A stretch of 57,938 nucleotides of DNA from Candidatus Njordarchaeota archaeon (GTDB lineage: Archaea > Asgardarchaeota > Njordarchaeia > Njordarchaeales > Panguiarchaeaceae). Within the stretch, counting starts at the first letter, position 1, and every line of letters starts with the position of its first letter. The notes beneath the pieces were generated by a model that had not been told where the DNA came from, ran no database searches, and was given only the letters and a program-made list of their open reading frames with translations. This document shows positions 54,612 through 57,938 of the stretch, piece after piece. The position numbers were made by a program, and so were the translations under genes. The stretch spans positions 1 to 57,938 of the forward strand of contig JAHKKZ010000002.1 in the NCBI GenBank assembly GCA_029856685.1. The letters run 5' to 3'.

Positions 54612-55958
54612 CTAAATCCAGTCGAATCTATCCACAAATCCCATAAGCTGGTTTTCTAAGGCTTCAAAATTATAATCGATGCCATATAGGACGATGATGC
54701 CGGTCAAGTCAAGCTCCTCAACATTCGTAACAAATATGTAGCATTGAAGCACAATACCTGTATGCGGAGAAACATCAGTAAATGTTCTCAATGTTGCATT
54801 AAGCATGAGATATGTTCGGTTAGTATGATACTCGCCTAGCACATATATGTGGAGTATAGTTGGTTCAACATTCCCAACGCCCTGTAGCCGGAGCCATGCT
54901 AAAAACTGCAGGCTGACGATTTTTTGAAGCAAAAGTAGGTCATACCAGTCAGTTCTAAAATCAACTATTTTTTTCCCACGGACCAGATATATGTTGATTC
55001 CAGCTTGGAACCAAGGACTATTCCTATCTATGTGCTGAGTAGGATATGTTATGAAAACAGTCCCTGTCGCTCCCAATGGCGACCAGACATAGGACATTCT
55101 CATCTCATATACTCCCCAATCACCCACAGGTAGCGAGTTTTTGATTCGCTCATATATTTTTCTTTCTGGTGATAGCATGTAGAATCCTCCAAAAAGAAGA
55201 ACAGGAGCTATGACTATGAGCAATAAAAACAAGCCGAGTGTCTGTCTTCTTATATTTATTTTCCCTTTGATGGACGATAGTATTGTTCCAAGATCCAATG
55301 TGAGCCATAGTATACCATAAAGTATTAGTGGCCCAACACTATCAATCATCATCAGGTACATTGTCGACTTCACGAGGTCAAATATATCTCCCGAGAAAAC
55401 ATTCACAAACAACGCAGAGTATATTGTGAGATCTATCAGAACAAGTGCTGATGGGGCCACCAGAAGCATTATTACGCCCAGAGTCTGAGACGAAATTTCT
55501 ATTCGAAGAAGGGTAGGCATAATGTACCCTATTAATAGGAAAAATCCTAATCCAACAAGAGATATCCCCGCGATTCGAATACCAATGCTTTCCGAGAGGA
55601 GTAAGAATATCCCCGAGCTTATAAATAGTGTAGAAATAAATGCCTGTGTGGGGCCAAGACGCCGTAGTTTTCCTTGGAGCAAACTAAATGCTATTGCTAA
55701 GAAGAGAGAATAAATTATGTATGATGGTACCTTCCACGCTAACAGAGGATCACCGAGAAGCGTGGCCATTGCTAGGGGGGTTAGCATTCCTATCATAGTA
55801 GTATCAAATATGCTGAGAAGCCCAGCAGCAAAGACTATCCCAACTTTATCAAGAACAGCATAGCCAAAACTCTCTCCTATCAAGCCGAGCGACGAGTTAA
55901 TGAGTACGAAACATAGTATTGTTAATATTCGACGTAGATTCTTAATCAGCAACGGCAC
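54612..55958 (-). CDS. hypothetical polytopic membrane protein with a C-terminal soluble domain
   Basis: About 9 hydrophobic helices occupy the first ~270 aa, followed by a Trp/Tyr-rich ~170-aa domain. No motif is recognised. Confidence 0.55.
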   Translation of the reverse strand: MPLLIKNLRRILTILCFVLINSSLGLIGESFGYAVLDKVGIVFAAGLLSIFDTTMIGMLTPLAMATLLGDPLLAWKVPSYIIYSLFLAIAFSLLQGKLRRLGPTQAFISTLFISSGIFLLLSESIGIRIAGISLVGLGFFLLIGYIMPTLLRIEISSQTLGVIMLLVAPSALVLIDLTIYSALFVNVFSGDIFDLVKSTMYLMMIDSVGPLILYGILWLTLDLGTILSSIKGKINIRRQTLGLFLLLIVIAPVLLFGGFYMLSPERKIYERIKNSLPVGDWGVYEMRMSYVWSPLGATGTVFITYPTQHIDRNSPWFQAGINIYLVRGKKIVDFRTDWYDLLLLQKIVSLQFLAWLRLQGVGNVEPTILHIYVLGEYHTNRTYLMLNATLRTFTDVSPHTGIVLQCYIFVTNVEELDLTGIIVLYGIDYNFEALENQLMGFVDRFDWI

Positions 55959-56076
55959 CTAGATAAGCATTTCTCCAAAAAGATTGAAAAGCTGGAACAC
56001 ACATACCTATCAACTTTAATAATCCTTAATATTGTTATTGAGTGGAAGTATTAACTGGGGCATTGGTGACACACAG

Positions 56077-56742
56077 ATGGGTGAACAACCAACGGCCGAG
56101 GAGATAGAAAGCGAGATAGAGAAAATAATGCAAGAATTTGGAGCAGATGAGATAAAACTATTTGGCAGATGGAGTTGGAAAGGAGTAACAGTGCGCGATC
56201 CGGGGCTCGTTGCGTACATATCGCTGAAACCAGTATATATTCCCCATAGCTTTGGGAGGCATGAAAAAACGCGTTTTGCTAGAGCCAAAGTGAATATCGT
56301 TGAGAGACTAATAAATAGACTGATGACACCAGGAAGAGAACGGGGCTTACCGAAGACCGGTAAGTTTACTGGCAAAAAACTCCATGCAATGAGAATTGTA
56401 GAAGCGGCATTCGAAATAATAGAAAAGAGAACCGAGGAAAATCCAATACAAATCTTCGTCAGAGCTGTAGAGAACTGTGCCCCAAGAGAAGACTACACCT
56501 CCTTTAGAGTTGCAGGAATAATCAAAAAATTCGCTGTCGACCTAAGCCCACAGAGAAGAGTAGATCTCGCCCTAAAATTCTTGGTGATGGGCGCGAGACA
56601 GCGAGCTTGGAGATCTCCTCTTAGCATAGCGGAGGCTCTTGCTGAAGAAATAATGGAGGCTGCTAAGAGCCCAGAAAATGTGAACTCGATAGCAATAAGC
56701 AAAAAGATAGAACTGGAAAGAATAGCAGAAGCTGCTAGATAG
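56077..56742 (+). CDS. rps7: 30S ribosomal protein S7 (uS7)
   Basis: KLFGRWSWKGVTVRDPGL, GKKLHAMRIVEAAFEII, ENPIQIFVRAVENCAPRED and VDLSPQRRVDLALKFL are present. The ATG at 56077 is preceded by GGTGA; the track ORF starts earlier at 56032. Confidence 0.9.
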   Translation: MGEQPTAEEIESEIEKIMQEFGADEIKLFGRWSWKGVTVRDPGLVAYISLKPVYIPHSFGRHEKTRFARAKVNIVERLINRLMTPGRERGLPKTGKFTGKKLHAMRIVEAAFEIIEKRTEENPIQIFVRAVENCAPREDYTSFRVAGIIKKFAVDLSPQRRVDLALKFLVMGARQRAWRSPLSIAEALAEEIMEAAKSPENVNSIAISKKIELERIAEAAR

Positions 56743-56746
56743 GTAC

Positions 56747-57523
56747 TCAACCAACAATTTTTAGGAATTCCTCTATCGCCTCCACAGTCCGTTCGACCAT
56801 AGCTGAGAAAAGTTTTTCTCCCTTCTCTTTAGACGCCTTGCTGGGATAGCCCAAAGCACCAGTATCCGTGAAATCCTTCGTCCTCCAAGGATAAACAACT
56901 CTATTCTTACTCTTCAAATCAAAATACTTACCGAGACGTCGAAGTTTAGGATCAACAATCTTATCTAAGCGAACAAGCTTTGGGTTTTCAACAAGAGCAA
57001 CAGACGTCTCAAACTCACAAGCATGGCCCCAAACATCACTCTCGAGAGTCTCCTCGATGACATCCAAAATGAGCTCCCAAGGATTAATGAGAAGAGCATT
57101 CATCCCATACTCAAATCTAAGTTTACGTACGGCCTCTGAGAGCACACCAATATTGCCTCCATGACCATTAATAATTATCAAAGTCCGAATACCATGCCGT
57201 TTCAAACTGTCTGCAATCTCACAAACCAACCTAAGAAGAGTCTCCGAGGATATCGTTATGGTTCCTGGGAAGTCCATATGATGCTCCGAAACACCATAGT
57301 ATATTGGGGGGAGAACAAGAATAGAACCACCAAAATGCTTGGCCACCTCCTTCGAAATCCTATACGCACCAACAGTATCCGTAGCCAAAGAAAGATGATA
57401 AGAATGCTGCTCGACACTACCAACAGGCAAAATAACAGCCCTAAGCCTAGGAATAAGATCCCGAATCTCATCCCAACTATGAAGCTCCCACTCAAACACA
57501 GAGAACACCACACAACCATACAC
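56747..57523 (-). CDS. creatininase-family amidohydrolase (creatinine amidohydrolase / ArfB-type deformylase family)
   Basis: LPVGSVEQHSYHLSLATD and IINGHGGN are present. The start is GTG. The codon dialect is distinct from the core: NNT-rich with higher G+C. Confidence 0.75.
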   Translation of the reverse strand: MYGCVVFSVFEWELHSWDEIRDLIPRLRAVILPVGSVEQHSYHLSLATDTVGAYRISKEVAKHFGGSILVLPPIYYGVSEHHMDFPGTITISSETLLRLVCEIADSLKRHGIRTLIIINGHGGNIGVLSEAVRKLRFEYGMNALLINPWELILDVIEETLESDVWGHACEFETSVALVENPKLVRLDKIVDPKLRRLGKYFDLKSKNRVVYPWRTKDFTDTGALGYPSKASKEKGEKLFSAMVERTVEAIEEFLKIVG

Positions 57524-57613
57524 AGAAAAATACCAAAAAATAGATAAAACAGTTGCTTAGCATCTAGCAAATCTCAAAAACTTCAGATAGTTCACCACCT
57601 AAACACTAGGAAC

Positions 57614-57648
57614 CTACCAGATACACCCTAAGTCTAATTCTCTGGTAG
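57614..57648. repeat. 8-bp perfect inverted repeat CTACCAGA ... TCTGGTAG with a 19-nt spacer
   Basis: Read directly from the sequence: 57614-57621 and 57641-57648. Confidence 0.6.
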
Positions 57649-57694
57649 TAATACAGATAAGCTCTATCGTCTGGTCGTCTATTGGTGTGAACTA

Positions 57695-57927
57695 TATTCC
57701 TGCGAGAGATAATCTATCATTAATGACTACTCCTAATTCCTCGGCGAAATCTTTGATCCAAACAAACTCTATGCTGAGCTTTCTAGCATATCCGATCCGC
57801 TCTACGAACCATCTAACCGTTTGTTCATCAACCCATCAAGCGTTGCGTTTGTTGGTTTAGAGTCCGACGATATTCTCTTCAGTATCTTCCTTGCTATTAA
57901 TTGCTCTATTTCAGTACTTGTCATCAT
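57695..57927 (-). pseudogene. possible small ORF (about 86 aa if repaired) interrupted by a frameshift near 57834-57840
   Basis: The minus strand reads MMTSTEIEQLIARKILKRISSDSKPTNATLD... and stops after 41 codons. The +2 frame continues WVDEQTVRWFVERIGYARKLSIEFVWIKDFAEELGVVINDRLSLAGI*. A single-nt indel would join them. No family is recognised. Confidence 0.2.
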
Positions 57928-57938
57928 ATGGTTGGCCC

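Noticed and set aside
56016-57570. ORFs antisense to S7 and to the creatininase-family gene (56016..56375, 56493..56757, 57161..57547, 57256..57570)
   Set aside because: These are shadow frames opposite genes with clear family signatures.
1-57938. Search for CRISPR arrays, tRNA, rRNA and intact IS elements or integrases
   Set aside because: I saw no regularly spaced direct repeats. No T-loop (GGTTCGAATCC-like) or acceptor-stem patterns occur in any intergenic region, and there is no rRNA-like sequence. No transposase or integrase motifs were found. The GGGCC at the window end on the minus strand lacks a following D-arm.

Overview
This is a gene-dense archaeal chromosomal segment. Markers include aRF1, a TFB-family factor, ribosomal proteins S7 and S25e, archaeal type-II GAPDH, archaeal PheRS-alpha and GlyRS, and GGTGA-type Shine-Dalgarno sites. 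AT-rich, AGA/ATA/AAA-rich codon usage suggests a thermophilic Thermoproteota/TACK-like organism. All family calls come from motif recognition by eye; no searches were run.

Most of the window (about 4.7-56.7 kb) is housekeeping:
- Pyrimidine and arginine genes: pyrE, pyrF, pyrI, argF.
- Glycolysis: pgk, gap.
- Translation: glyS, pheS, aRF1, S7, S25e, thiI.
- Others: moaA plus a MoaD-like Ubl, hypA plus an Mrp-type ATPase, speE, and an ATP-dependent DNA ligase that is split by a 1-nt frameshift.

Lineage-specific genes are interspersed:
- A Rab/Ras-like small GTPase.
- A presenilin-type intramembrane protease.
- A roadblock/LC7-like protein.
- An orphan DUF86/HepT HEPN protein.
- Two paralogous CPxC proteins, each sitting just downstream of an aminoacyl-tRNA synthetase gene.
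- An operon of a GG-ending ubiquitin-like protein, an unknown protein, and a Cys-less asparagine-synthetase-like protein.

Both window edges (1 to about 3.6 kb and about 56.7-57.9 kb) differ from the core in composition and codon usage. The left edge carries a HEPN-MNT toxin-antitoxin pair and decayed gene remnants, suggesting acquired or mobile DNA. I found no rRNA, tRNA or CRISPR array. One candidate C/D-box sRNA is proposed.
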